DNA of 64,000 nt from the NCBI RefSeq assembly GCF_009914755.1, contig NC_060926.1; one strand, given 5' to 3'. Both the position numbers and the translations under genes were made by a program. The notes under the pieces are model-generated. The model was not told the DNA's origin and did no database searches. It was given only the letters and a program-made list of their open reading frames with translations. This stretch comes from the human T2T-CHM13v2.0 reference genome, Homo sapiens. How positions within the stretch are numbered: the first letter of the stretch is position 1; the number at the start of each line of letters is the position of its first letter. Shown here in pieces: positions 34,348-46,729 of this stretch.

Positions 34348-34519
34348 TAAAAATTATCTTGAAGCTAATGGCAGAAATATCATTTTAAGCTCCTCATTAA
34401 GGTACAGGATTTCAACTCGAATGTGCCTTCCTGAAGTAAATCACGGCGATGATGTTGTGGTTCTTTGTCATTCGTGTTGCTCAGCAGTGAGAACACACAG
34501 GATACAGCAACACAACCAA

Positions 34520-34810
<291 letters not shown>

Positions 34811-35596
34811 TTAGACTGTGCTGCTTCAGAGAGGCAAATATGCAAAGTGCTTTACTGATTTTAAAGGTTGGAATTATAACCGATGCCACACGCCCTCTCC
34901 CAGGATGAATACAGGACAGAAGCCACCACCTGGCCCCGCTGGGAAAGGCGGGAGGCTGAGTCCTATCTCCCCGTCCCAGTCTTGCTGAAAGTGGGAGGCT
35001 GGGGGAGTTTGAAAAGCTGCATCCCAAAGCCAGGCCATGTGGTTTTCCATTAACATTTGCCTGACCTAAAATCGCTTCAGTGCTTCCTACTAAGGACTGC
35101 CTTTCATCACTGAAGCAACACTCAGAGCTTGTGTTCCGAGAGTCACAGATGGCAGTGCTTTACCACAGGGGTGAGTACATCCATGCACTTGGGGTGAATG
35201 TCAGGAAGTCTCACGTGGCCCACTGAAGTCTGTGAAGGATTAGGACTTCATAATGTACTCGCTTCTGTACTTAACATATGTGACCTGAGCCACTCGTGCA
35301 GGCGGCCACAGTGACATGAAGGGCACGGACGAGTTTCAAGCCTGCACACCGGCAGTCGCAGGAGAAATGGGTGCCCAGAGTGGAGGGCAAGGGTGTATTT
35401 TGGAGGAAGAGTGGGTAGGACCACTGAGGTGGGAAACCTCAGGATGCCCCTTACTTCCCCTGCGGGTGAAGGGGAGCCGCAGAGAAGCGGGCTCAAGGTG
35501 GGAGGTGCGGAATGGGGTGGGGGACGCAGGATGGGGTCAGGGGTGTCCAGCTGCCTGGGTCCAGTGGTAGTGCTCATGGCTCCCTGAGCCCCCACG

Positions 35597-35955
35597 GCTG
35601 CAGACTGAGCGTTCGCACCCCGTCAAATTTGTGCTAAGACCTAATCCCCAAGGGATGGTGTTGGGAGGTGGGGCCTCTGGGAGGTGAGGAGGCTATGACG
35701 GTGGTGCCCCCAGGGTGGGATGACTGCCCTTATGAAAGAACCCCGACAGCGGTCTTGTCCTGTCCACAATGTGAGAGGACACGAGGAGAAGGTCCCTTCT
35801 CTGAACCCGGGTGGCCCTCAGCAGACACCCAATTGGCTGGTGCTTGATCTTGGACTTCCAGCCTCCAGAGCTGCAGGGGTGAATTGGTAACTGCTGCTGT
35901 GTTTACAGGCTGCCCCGCCTATGGCTCCTCAGAGACGCCTGAACGGAGTAAGACA
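35597..35955 (+). mobile_element. MaLR LTR (MLT1A-like)
   Basis: ctaatccccaa...ggaggtggggcct...gcccttat...ttgatcttggacttccagcctccaga...taagaca. Confidence 0.75.
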
Positions 35956-36458
35956 TAACACGCCCACTAATACCATTAATGAGATCAAATTACGTTAGTC
36001 AGGACCTGCCTGGCCCTCAGCTAAAGAAACCTGGCCTCAATCCTTTGGCTGTGAGGGTCATTTCTTGTGGGATCCTGGAGTATCGCAAATACCTGAAGGC
36101 AGAAGGAGCAGAGGAGGCTTGAGTGGAGTGAAGATCTATCTTGGCTTCCAGGCAACGGGAATTGCGGTCCTGCCCATCCTCTCCCCCTGCCAGGTGCCAC
36201 CCCCCCAACCCCGGCACAGTGTCCCCTGTCACCGAGGCTTCCTCCAGGACGCAGGGAATAGCCTCAGCCTGGGGCAGGCCCCACCAGGGCTGCATGGACG
36301 GGGCAAGGAGCTGCTCTAAGAGAGAAGAGGAGACAGAGGCTGACTCTCCCACATGTCACAGATGCCACCCCAGTGACATGTGTGAACCCCAAATATCTCA
36401 GACAGGTCTCGGCCAATTTAGAAAGTTTGTTTTGCCAAGGTCGAGGACATGCCCATGA

Positions 36459-36794
<336 letters not shown>

Positions 36795-36871
36795 TTGGTT
36801 TTATACATTTTAGGGAGGCACGAGACATCAATCAATATATGTAAGATGAATTTAGTTCAGTCTAGAAAGGC

Positions 36872-38645
36872 GGGACAACTCCAGGTGAAGGGGGGGACAA
36901 CTCCAGGTGAAGGGGGGACAGCTCCAGGTGAAGGGGGGGCAGCTCCAGGTGAAGGGAGGGCAGCTCCAGGTGAAGGGGGGCAACTCCAGGTGAAGGGGGG
37001 ACAACTCCAGGTGAAGGGGGGACAGCTCCAGGTGAAGGGGGGACAGCTCCAGGTGAAGGAGGGACAACTCCAGGTGAAGCGGGGGACAACTCCAGGTGAA
37101 AGAGGGACAACTCCAGGTGAAGGGGGGAGCAACTCCTGGTGAAGGGGGGGCAACTCCAGGTGAAGGTAGGGGACAACTCCAGGTGAAGGGGGGCAACTCC
37201 AGGTGAAGGGGGGGGCAACTCCAGGTGAAGGAGGGCAACTCCAGGTGAAGGTAGGGGACAACTCCAGGTGAAGGGGGGCAACTCCAGGTGAAGGGAGGGC
37301 AACTCCAGGTGAAGGGGGGGACAGCTCCAGGTGAAGTGGGGGACAGCTCCAGGTGAAGGAGGGACAACTCCAGGTGAAGGAGGGACAACTCCAGGTGAAG
37401 CGGGGGACAACTCCCGGTGAAGGAGAGACAACTCCAGGTGAAGGGGGGGCAACTCCAGGTGAAGGGGGGGCAACTCCAGGTGAAGGGGGGGCAACTCCAG
37501 GTGAAGGGGGGACAACTCCAGGTGAAGGGGGGACAGCTCCAGGTGAAGGGGGGGCAGCTCCAGGTGAAGGTGGGGGACAACTCCAGGTGAAGGGGGGGCA
37601 ACTCCAGGTGAAGGGAGGGCAACTCCAGGTGAAGGGAGGGCAACTCCAGGTGAAGGGGGGCAACTCCAGGTGAAGGGGGGGACAGCTCCAGGTGAAGCGG
37701 GGGACAGCTCCAGGTGAAGCGGGGGACAGCTCCAGGTGAAGGAAGGACAACTCCAGGTGAAGCGGGGGACAACTCCAGGTGAAGGGGGGGCAACTCCAGG
37801 TGAAGGGGGGGGCAACTCCAGGTGAAGGAGGGCAACTCCAGGTGAAGGTAGGGGACAACTCCAGGTGAAGGGGGGCAACTCCAGGTGAAGGGGGGGGCAA
37901 CTCCAGGTGAAGGGGGGGACAACTCCAGGTGAAGGTGGGGGACAACTCCAGGTGAAGGGGGGCAACTCCAGGTGAAGGGAGGGCAACTCCAGGTGAAGGG
38001 GGGCAACTCCAGGTGAAGGGAGGGCAACTCCAGGTGAAGGGGGGACAGCTCCAGGTGAAGGGGGGCAACTCCAGGTGAAGGGGGGGCAACTCCAGGTGAA
38101 GGAGGGCAACTCCAGGTGAAGGTGGGGGACAACTCCAGGTGAAGGGAGGGCAACTCCAGGTGAAGGGGGGCAACTCCAGGTGAAGGGGGGGCAACTCCAG
38201 GTGAAGGGGGGCAACTCCAGGTGAAGGGGGGGACAGCTCCAGGAGAAGCGGGGGACAGCTCCAGGTGAAGGAAGGACAACTCCAGGTGAAGCGGGGGACA
38301 ACTCCAGGTGAAAGAGGGACAACTCCAGGTGAAGGGGGGGCAACTCCAGGTGAAGGGGGGGGCAACTCCAGGTGAAGGAGGGCAACTCCAGGTGAAGGTA
38401 GGGGACAACTCCAGGTGAAGGGGGGCAACTCCAGGTGAAGGGGGGGGCAACTCCAGGTGAAGGAGGGCAACTCCAGGTGAAGGTGGGGGACAACTCCAGG
38501 TGAAGGGGGGCAACTCCAGGTGAAGGGAGGGCAACTCCAGGTGAAGGGGGGACAGCTCCAGGTGAAGGGGGGCAGCTCCAGGTAAAGGGGGGGACAACTC
38601 CAGGTGAAGGGGGGGCAGCTCCAGGTGAAGGGGGGGCAACTCCAA
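36872..38645. repeat. ~21-22-bp G-rich VNTR, roughly 80 units
   Basis: ca(a/g)ctccaggtgaa followed by a variable G run; copy number estimated as length divided by unit size. Confidence 0.98.
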
Positions 38646-39312
38646 GAGGGGAGGGAGCTTCCAGGTCACAGGTAGATAAGAGACAAATGGCTGCACTGTC
38701 TTGAGTTTCTGATGATCTTTTCCAAGGGATGCAGTCAGATATGCATGTCTCGGTGAGCAGAGGGTGGCTTTGAATACAATGGGAGGCAGCTTTGCCTTGA
38801 GCAGTTCCCAGCTTGACTCTTCCCTTTAACTTAGTGATTTGGGGGTCCCAAGACTTACTTTCTTTTCATACAAGTCTTGGGGAGCAACCATTATCACATG
38901 ACATTAATAAGAGCAGATGATGCATCATCCGTCAGTGTATTCTGAGGATGTAATGAGAGGATGCACACACGAGCTAGTTAGTAACCAACTAAAAATTAAC
39001 TGAAGTTACAGAAAAAAAGACAACAGTACTAAGAGCTCAACCCTGATGTCGCCCGGCACTGCCCATCACGTGAGAGCCGTGAGAGCAGAGGGCACGTCTG
39101 CACACATCCCAGTGCCCTGGGCCTCCCCGGAGCCGTGAGAGCAGAGCATGTCTGCACACATCCCAGGGGCCCTGGGCCTCCCCTGAGGGAGAGGCAGACC
39201 GGCTCAGTTCACTCCCAAACCCACATGACCCACTGAAGACACTCCCTCCATGAAGGCTGGGGTTGGGAGGGGTGAATGTAGGAGGCAGCCATGTGCCACT
39301 CCCCATGAGCCC

Positions 39313-39835
39313 AGATGCAGGGTGCGGCTCCCCACGACCTGGGATGCAGGGTGCAGGGTGCAGCTCCCCATGACCTGGGACACAGGGTGCAGGATGCAGC
39401 TCCCCATGACCTGGGATGCAGGGTGCAGCTGCCCACGACCTGGGACACAGGGTGCAGGGTGCGGCTCCCCACGACCTGGGATGCAGGGTACAGAGTGCAG
39501 CTGCCCACGACCTGGGACGCAGAGTGCAGGATGCAGCTCCCCATGACCTGGAACGCAGGGTGCAGGGTGCGGCTCCCCACGACCTGGGACGCAGGGTGCA
39601 GGGTGCAGCTCCCTGTGACCTGGGACGCAGGGTGCAGAGTGCAGGGTGCAGCTCCCCGTGACCTGGGATGCAGGGTGCAGGGTGCAGCTCCCCACAACCT
39701 GGGATGCAGGTGCGGCTGCCCATGACCTGGGACACAGGATGCAGGGTGCAGCTCCCCACGACCTGGGATGCAGGTGCGGCTGCCTATGACCTGGGACGCA
39801 GGGTGCAGGGCACGGCTGCCCACGACCTGGGACGC
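39313..39835. repeat. 36-bp minisatellite with 7-bp modular indels, about 15 units
   Basis: gggtgcagggtgcagctccccatgacctgggatgca; periods 28/29, 36 and 43. Confidence 0.95.
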
Positions 39836-40384
39836 GTGGAGTGTCACCAGCCCTTTTGGAGAGTTTCCCGCGTGGAGTGTGGGGCTACAAGGAGCAGTTC
39901 TCCGTCCATTACGGCCTCCCCCAGGCACTCCAGGCCCTGCCGCTCAGGCATCCATGTGGCTTGGACACCGTCAAGGCTACTGGCTTCTCTGATCCAGCTT
40001 CTTCAGGGTCTCCAGACCTCAGTCAGAGCGAGAACTTGGATCCGACTGGATGCCAGATTCAAGTTCTACCCTGCCCTCCGATTCCTGGGCTCTCAAACCC
40101 AGAGACCGTCCCAGCGTCTCTGACCTTCAGTGAGAGTTAGGAGCTCCCGGGTTATTCTATGAAATTGGGAGCTGGTCTGTCCAGCACCTAAAGATCTATC
40201 TGGGAGGGTGGGGCTTCCCTGTCCCACTGGCAGCCTGGTATTCACTGGGTCACAGTCCTGCCTCCATGTGATATCAAGTCCTCCAGGGAGCAAGTGCAGT
40301 AACAACTGTTTAAGTCACAAATCGGACACGGTCTCACTGCAAGCCACAGAATCTTACATCCTGCTGGCATTGCCAGAAGCCAGT

Positions 40385-41216
40385 CACCTGCCCCACTAAT
40401 AATACAACCTGAGAGCACGCTGCAGTGTTCACCAATCAGCTCTAAGCATCACCTGCCCCACTAATAATACAATCTGAGAGCACGCTTCAGTGTTCACCAA
40501 TCAGCTCTAAACATCACCTGCCCCACTAATAATACAATCTGAGAGCACGCTTCAGTGTTCACCAATCAGCTCTAAGCATCGCCTGCCCCACTAATAATAC
40601 AATCTGAGAGCATGCTTCAGTGTTCACCAATCAGCTCTAAGCATCGCCTGCCCCACTAATAATACAACCTGAGAGCACGCTGCAGTGTTCACCAATCAGC
40701 TCTAAGCATCACCTGCCCCACTAATAATACAATCCGAGAGCACACTTCAGTGATCACCAATCAGCTCTAAGCATTGCCTGCCCCACTAATAATACAATCC
40801 GAGAGCACGCTTCACTGTTCACCAATCAGCTCTAAGCATCACCTGCCCCACTAATAATACAATCCGAGAGCACGCTTCACTGTTCACCAATCAGCTCTAA
40901 GCATCACCTGCCCCACTAATAATACAATCTGAGAGCATGCTTCAGTGTTCAGCGATCAGCTCTAAACATCACCTGCCCCACTAATTATACAATCTAAGAG
41001 CACGCTGCAGTGCTCACCAATCAGCTCTAAGCATCACCTGCCCCACTAATAATACAATCTGAGAGCACGCTTCAGTGTTCAGCGATCAGCTCTAAACATC
41101 ACCTGCCCCACTAATTATACAATCTAAGAGCACGCTGCAGTGTTCACCAATCAGCTCTAAGCATCACCTGCCCCACTAATAATACAATCTGAGAGCATGC
41201 TGCATTGCTCATCAAT
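40385..41216. repeat. 65-bp minisatellite, about 12.8 units
   Basis: cacctgccccactaataatacaatctgagagcacgcttcagtgttcaccaatcagctctaagcat; unit starts 40385, 40450 ... 41165. Confidence 0.98.
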
Positions 41217-43444
41217 CCCAGATGCCTCATCCACGCCTTCTGAACATCAAACTGTCAAATCGAAGTAATCAGAAAGAAATTATGATTTAATTGTGATATG
41301 TCTGACTTTTGTGTAAATAATCAACCCACACTTTTCACCCAAATTTTTGGAAGCACGAGGTTGCCAAAAGTCTTCCAAAAATGGAACAAAAGAAATCCCT
41401 GCGGAGGGGCTATCAGCTGTCAAAGACGCAATAACTACACAGAAGAGGACAAAAAAGGGGAAGACATTTCCCTGCACAAGGCAGGGAATGAACACACTCT
41501 GGGTTCTTCATTAAAACTTGGTGCAGAGGAGGGATTCGTACCAAGGTGCCGAAAGCGACGATCTGCAGATATCCTTCCCCTAGCAGCATGCCGGTGACTG
41601 TCTAAAGGGAAGAAGAATCACCATTTAAGAGGAGCCCATTTAGGATCTACGTTTTACCACACTTACGTCAGCACCCTAAGGGCTAAAGAGGAACTCTTAA
41701 GGCACTGGAAAGTTACACAAAGCGAGAGAACGGAAACCAAACGCAGGCAATCCTCAGCGGAGCTCTTCTCCAGCTGGAACAATGAGCTTTGTCCCGAGAA
41801 CAAGGGGGGCACGCCCAGGCCTGGAAGCTGCAGGATGAATGGGACTTCTCAAGTTATCCTCCCACCTCCCCGCCAAGTAAACCCGGGAGCTGGTGTTTGT
41901 TTTGGAGCTGGCCTTGCTGGAGCTGAGATCGTGGGGCTGGGCTGGCTGTCGGCATGTGCCCTGGCGCAGGCCCAGGTCTCATCACGCACCCTCTGTCCCT
42001 GCCATTGTTCTGCAATTAGTTAAGAGGGGGAAACATGCTTCTTACAACCCAGCAGGACGCTTTAGCCGACAAAGCTCCTGGATTTAAAAGAGGTTCGCCC
42101 TTTCATGTTCCAGCAGCTCCTCTTTGGTCTGGGCCTGGAGTTTGCCCCTGAGGCCCCCTGTGGATGGACTGAAGGGCTTTGCTCAATCCCACCCAAACAC
42201 CAAGAACCCAGTCAGCCTCCGCCCTTCGCAGGAAGCCTCTTCCTGACTAGAATGACAAAAGTCATAAGAAGCCCAAGTGATTCTCAATCCTCCTTTACAG
42301 AGGCAGAAACAGAGGCCGGGGAGGTTCCGCCCTGACCCACGATGGCAGAGGAAGGGGAGAGGGGTCCCTGATGCAGTCACGCACCCAGAACCCCCGACTC
42401 GCCCCGCAAGGAAGAAACAGTGAGAGCTCCCTGAGCTGCCCTCACCTCCAGGCCATGGTGTGACGGAACCTCCTCTCCCAGGCATCTGAGTTGCACGGGC
42501 ACTGGGCACGCCCAGTTCATAGAAACGGGGACATCTTTTATGGTATCGATTTGGATCACCTCACTTCCTGTATGAGACACAAATCACCAAGAGCATGTGG
42601 AGTCTGGTGTGCCCGGCTGGGTTTGTTAAGAACCTCTCTACGTGTACAGGTTTTATCAAGTACAGTTTTTTTAAGGAGTCACTGATGATGCAGAATGCTG
42701 GCTCCAAAACACAGTCCTGCAGCGCCCTTGACCATGGTGTTGTCTGATTTCACAGACAGCACGGTGACAGGCATGATCTGCTGAGGCTGCCAGTTCACCG
42801 CGGAAGGGAGCTGGTGGCCGGTCTTCCCCACGGGAGCCAGGCTCCGTCTGGTCCCTGCGCCCTGGCTCTGATCCCACCCGTGGAACTGCAAAGAATATCC
42901 CAGCCCCTGTGCTCGCCGCTCACTCATTGGTACTAGCGACACATCTGCAGTTCATGGGCAATGCTGACCACAGGTGTGGGGACCACGAGCACTGCTGTTC
43001 GGTGAGGAGGAGGCCAGGCACCAGCAGGTGACCACGGCGCTCGCTGCAGTGAAAGGCTCAGGAGGAGGCCCGGGAGTAGCTATGGCTGCAGAGTCAGAGA
43101 GGGCCCCAGAGTGCGGGTGCTTGATCTGACAAGGGCAGGGTGTGTGGTGTTTGCTGAATGGACACTGTGCACGGCCCCACAGAAGACAGGGTGAGGAAAG
43201 GACCTCTAACGGAAGCCACAGCGGGGCTGGGGTGCAGCGGGGCTGGGGTGCAGCAGGGCTGGGGTGCAGCATGCCTAAGGGACAGCCGGAGCCAGCTTGG
43301 AGCTTCCCTTTCTTTATCTCAAACACTCTGAAGGTTCCAAAGTCAGGGCCATTGAACAAGATGCGCTCCTGACTGCGCTCCCACTCCGCACCTGCCCGGC
43401 CCCAGGAGGCCGGCAAGGCGGCTCCCATCGGTCCTCCCGCTGTC

Positions 43445-43768
43445 ACCCCGACGCGGTGGTGTTATCAGGAGGGGAGGCTTTGGAGGCCACGCACTTTAGA
43501 TGAGGTCCTGAGAACAAGCCCCATCATGAGATTCGTGTCCTTCTAGGAAGAGGAAGCAACCCAGAGAGCGTGTTTCTCTTTCTCCACCATGTGAGGACAC
43601 AGAGAGATGCCATCATCTGCAGACCTGCAAGAGGCCCTCACCAGAACCCAACTCTGCTGGCATCTTTGATCTCAGACTTCCAGCCTCCACCACTGTGAGA
43701 AAATAAATCTGTGATTCAAGCTGCCCCATCCATGGTGTTTGTGGGGCTGCCCAGGCTGCCCAATGCAA
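43445..43768 (+). mobile_element. MaLR LTR (MLT1A/B-like)
   Basis: ccatgtgaggacacag...gaggccctcaccagaa...gatctcagacttccagcctcca...tgtgagaaaataaat. Confidence 0.8.
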
Positions 43769-44221
43769 ACAGCACACACTGTCTCCAAGCCCTTCCCGCC
43801 ACCCAGCCCACCAGAGGAGCACACGCAGCTGCGGAGAGGAGAACATCTGGGTTCCTCCAGTTTTGCACTATTATAAATAGCCCTGCAATGACAAGCTTTC
43901 GGTACATCCCATCTGTGATGCGTGTTAATATACTTATGAAACAGGTTCCTAGAAATGGCACTGCTGTGTCAAAGGAGACACACGCCGAAGAACAGCTGCC
44001 GTCTGCTGCTCACTTGGTAGGTGTGGGCCACGTCTATAAATACAGGTGTTGCCCAAGCCTGAAGGTCAGGAACTTGCTCAAGTCTGACCGTAGCACATGG
44101 ATCTACAAACACCCAGACCCAGGCCGCTGGGGGCTCAGCGTTTCTGGGGGACAGCTGGAGACAGCAGCACACGGTGGTGGTATTAGGAGGTGTGAAGCCT
44201 TTGGAGGTGACACATGTTAGA

Positions 44222-45357
44222 TGAGCACCCGTTCCACCAGCATCCACTTTCCACCAGCACCCACTCTCCACTAGCACCCACTCTCCACCAGGACCCACTC
44301 TACGAACACCCACCCCACCAGCACCCACTCTCCACCAGCACCCTCTCCACTAGCACCCTCTCCACCAGCACCCACTCTCCACCAGCACCCACTCTATGAA
44401 CACCCACTCTCCACCAGCACCCGCTCTACCAGCACCCACTCTATGAACACCCACTCTCCACCAGCACCCACTCCACCAGCACCCTCTCCACCAGCACCCA
44501 CTCCACCAGCACCCACTCCACCAGCACCCACTCTCCACCAGCACCCACTCCACCAGCACCCACTCCACCAGCACCCACTCTCCACCAGCACCTGCTCCAC
44601 CAGCACCCACTCTCCACCAGCACCCACTCCACCAGCACCCACTCTATGAACACCCGCTCCACCAGTACCCACTCTCCACCAGCACCCGCTCTCCACCAGC
44701 ACCCGCTCCACCAGTACCCACTCTCCACCAGCACCCGCTCCACCAGCATCCACTCTACCAGCACCCGCTCCACAAGCACCCACTCTCCACCAGCACCCAC
44801 TCTCCACTAGCACCCACTCCACCAGCACCCACTCTCCACCAGCACCCACTCTCCACCAGCACCCGCTCCACCAGCACCCACTCTCCACCAGCACCCGCTC
44901 CACCAGCACCCGCTCCACCAGCACCCACTCTCCACCAGCACCCACTCCACCAGCATCCGCTCTACCAGCACCCGCTCCACCAGCACCCACTCTCCACCAG
45001 CACCCACTCTCCACCAGCACCCGCTCCACCAGCACCCTCTCCACCAGCACCCGCTCCACCAGCATCCACTCTACCAGCACCCGCTCCACAAGCACCCACT
45101 CTCCACCAGCACCCACTCTCCACTAGCACCCACTCCACCAGCACCCACTCTCCACCAGCACCTGCTCCACCAGCACCCGCTCCACCAGCACCCACTCTCC
45201 ACCAGCACCCACTCCACCAGCATCCACTCCACCAGCACCCACTCTCCACCAGCATCCACTCTCCACCAGCACCCACTCTCCACCAGCACCCACTCTCCAC
45301 CAGCACCCGCTCCACCAGCACCCACTCCACCAGCACCCACTCTCCACCAGCACCTGC
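44222..45357. repeat. 15/17-bp C-rich minisatellite
   Basis: ccaccagcaccc(a/g)ct(ct) repeated over about 1.1 kb. Confidence 0.97.
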
Positions 45358-46354
45358 CGAACCACTAGGCTGAATAAAAGGAGGGCCACCTGCAGGATCC
45401 ACTGGGGGAAGGCAAGTGCTGGTGGAGGCTCTCTGGTGGTGATGACGCCCCTAAACAGCCAGCTCCCACTGCATTTGGGAGCCACGAACCAAATCCTCAC
45501 TCAGGTCTGTGGAGATCTCAGCTCCCTATAAATAGGGGCCTGGACTTGTAACTGCTCTCTCAGGAGGCAGGAGGCTGACCCAGGAGGTCCTCCTCATCCA
45601 AAGCTCTGCTTCACTCAACCAGCGGCTCCCATCTCAGCTTCCCAAGACAAGATGTCAGGTTAACACAACTCTCAAGTAATCATCCAGTAAATTATTTTAA
45701 AATTCTTGTCAATGAAAATGTTGAGGAATATATATTGATCAAGATCAACGAGGGTAAAAAAAAGCCATTTTTTCTCTCCAATTAATATAGACTCAGAAAA
45801 GAAGGAACTGAGATAATACTAAAAGCATAGGACAGAAAGCTATTTACAAAGAAGACTGGGAAGTAAATCAAAGTACTGACAAATTGAAAGGAAGAACTAC
45901 ATTATAATTTTTATTACGATTTTAGGTTTCTGAGTTTAATCAGCAAATGTAAAAATGCAGTCATAATATTTAAATATTAGGCTTCTCTGGGATTTAATGA
46001 CAATATCATTTTCTTCTTAAGGTGATGTTTCACTTTTTTGTAATGCATCATGTCTTAAAATAATCATAACAGTAAACCTTGTTTTACTGGGTTCAACTTT
46101 TTATAATCAGCCTATAGAGAGACTGTGGAAGACAACTGTTTGGAGGGTCAAGTTGAAATGTCAGGAGCCTGGTTCATGTCAGATCACATAACCAACAAAA
46201 TTCCAAACAGGCAGAAAGGGGAGAAGAGTGGAAATCTAAATTTGCTAAATTCCTCTTCTTCCCAGCAGCGAATCCCCAGGGACGGCCTGAAGTAGAGGAG
46301 GTCACACATGGCGGCCTTGTGGTGGAAAAGCGGCCAGCAGCAGAACTAAAATGA

Positions 46355-46729
<375 letters not shown>

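Noticed and set aside
36852-38696. Three overlapping 537-614 aa ORFs on the minus strand
   Set aside because: The VNTR unit lacks stops in all three minus frames; the products are periodic low-complexity peptides with no splice or start context.
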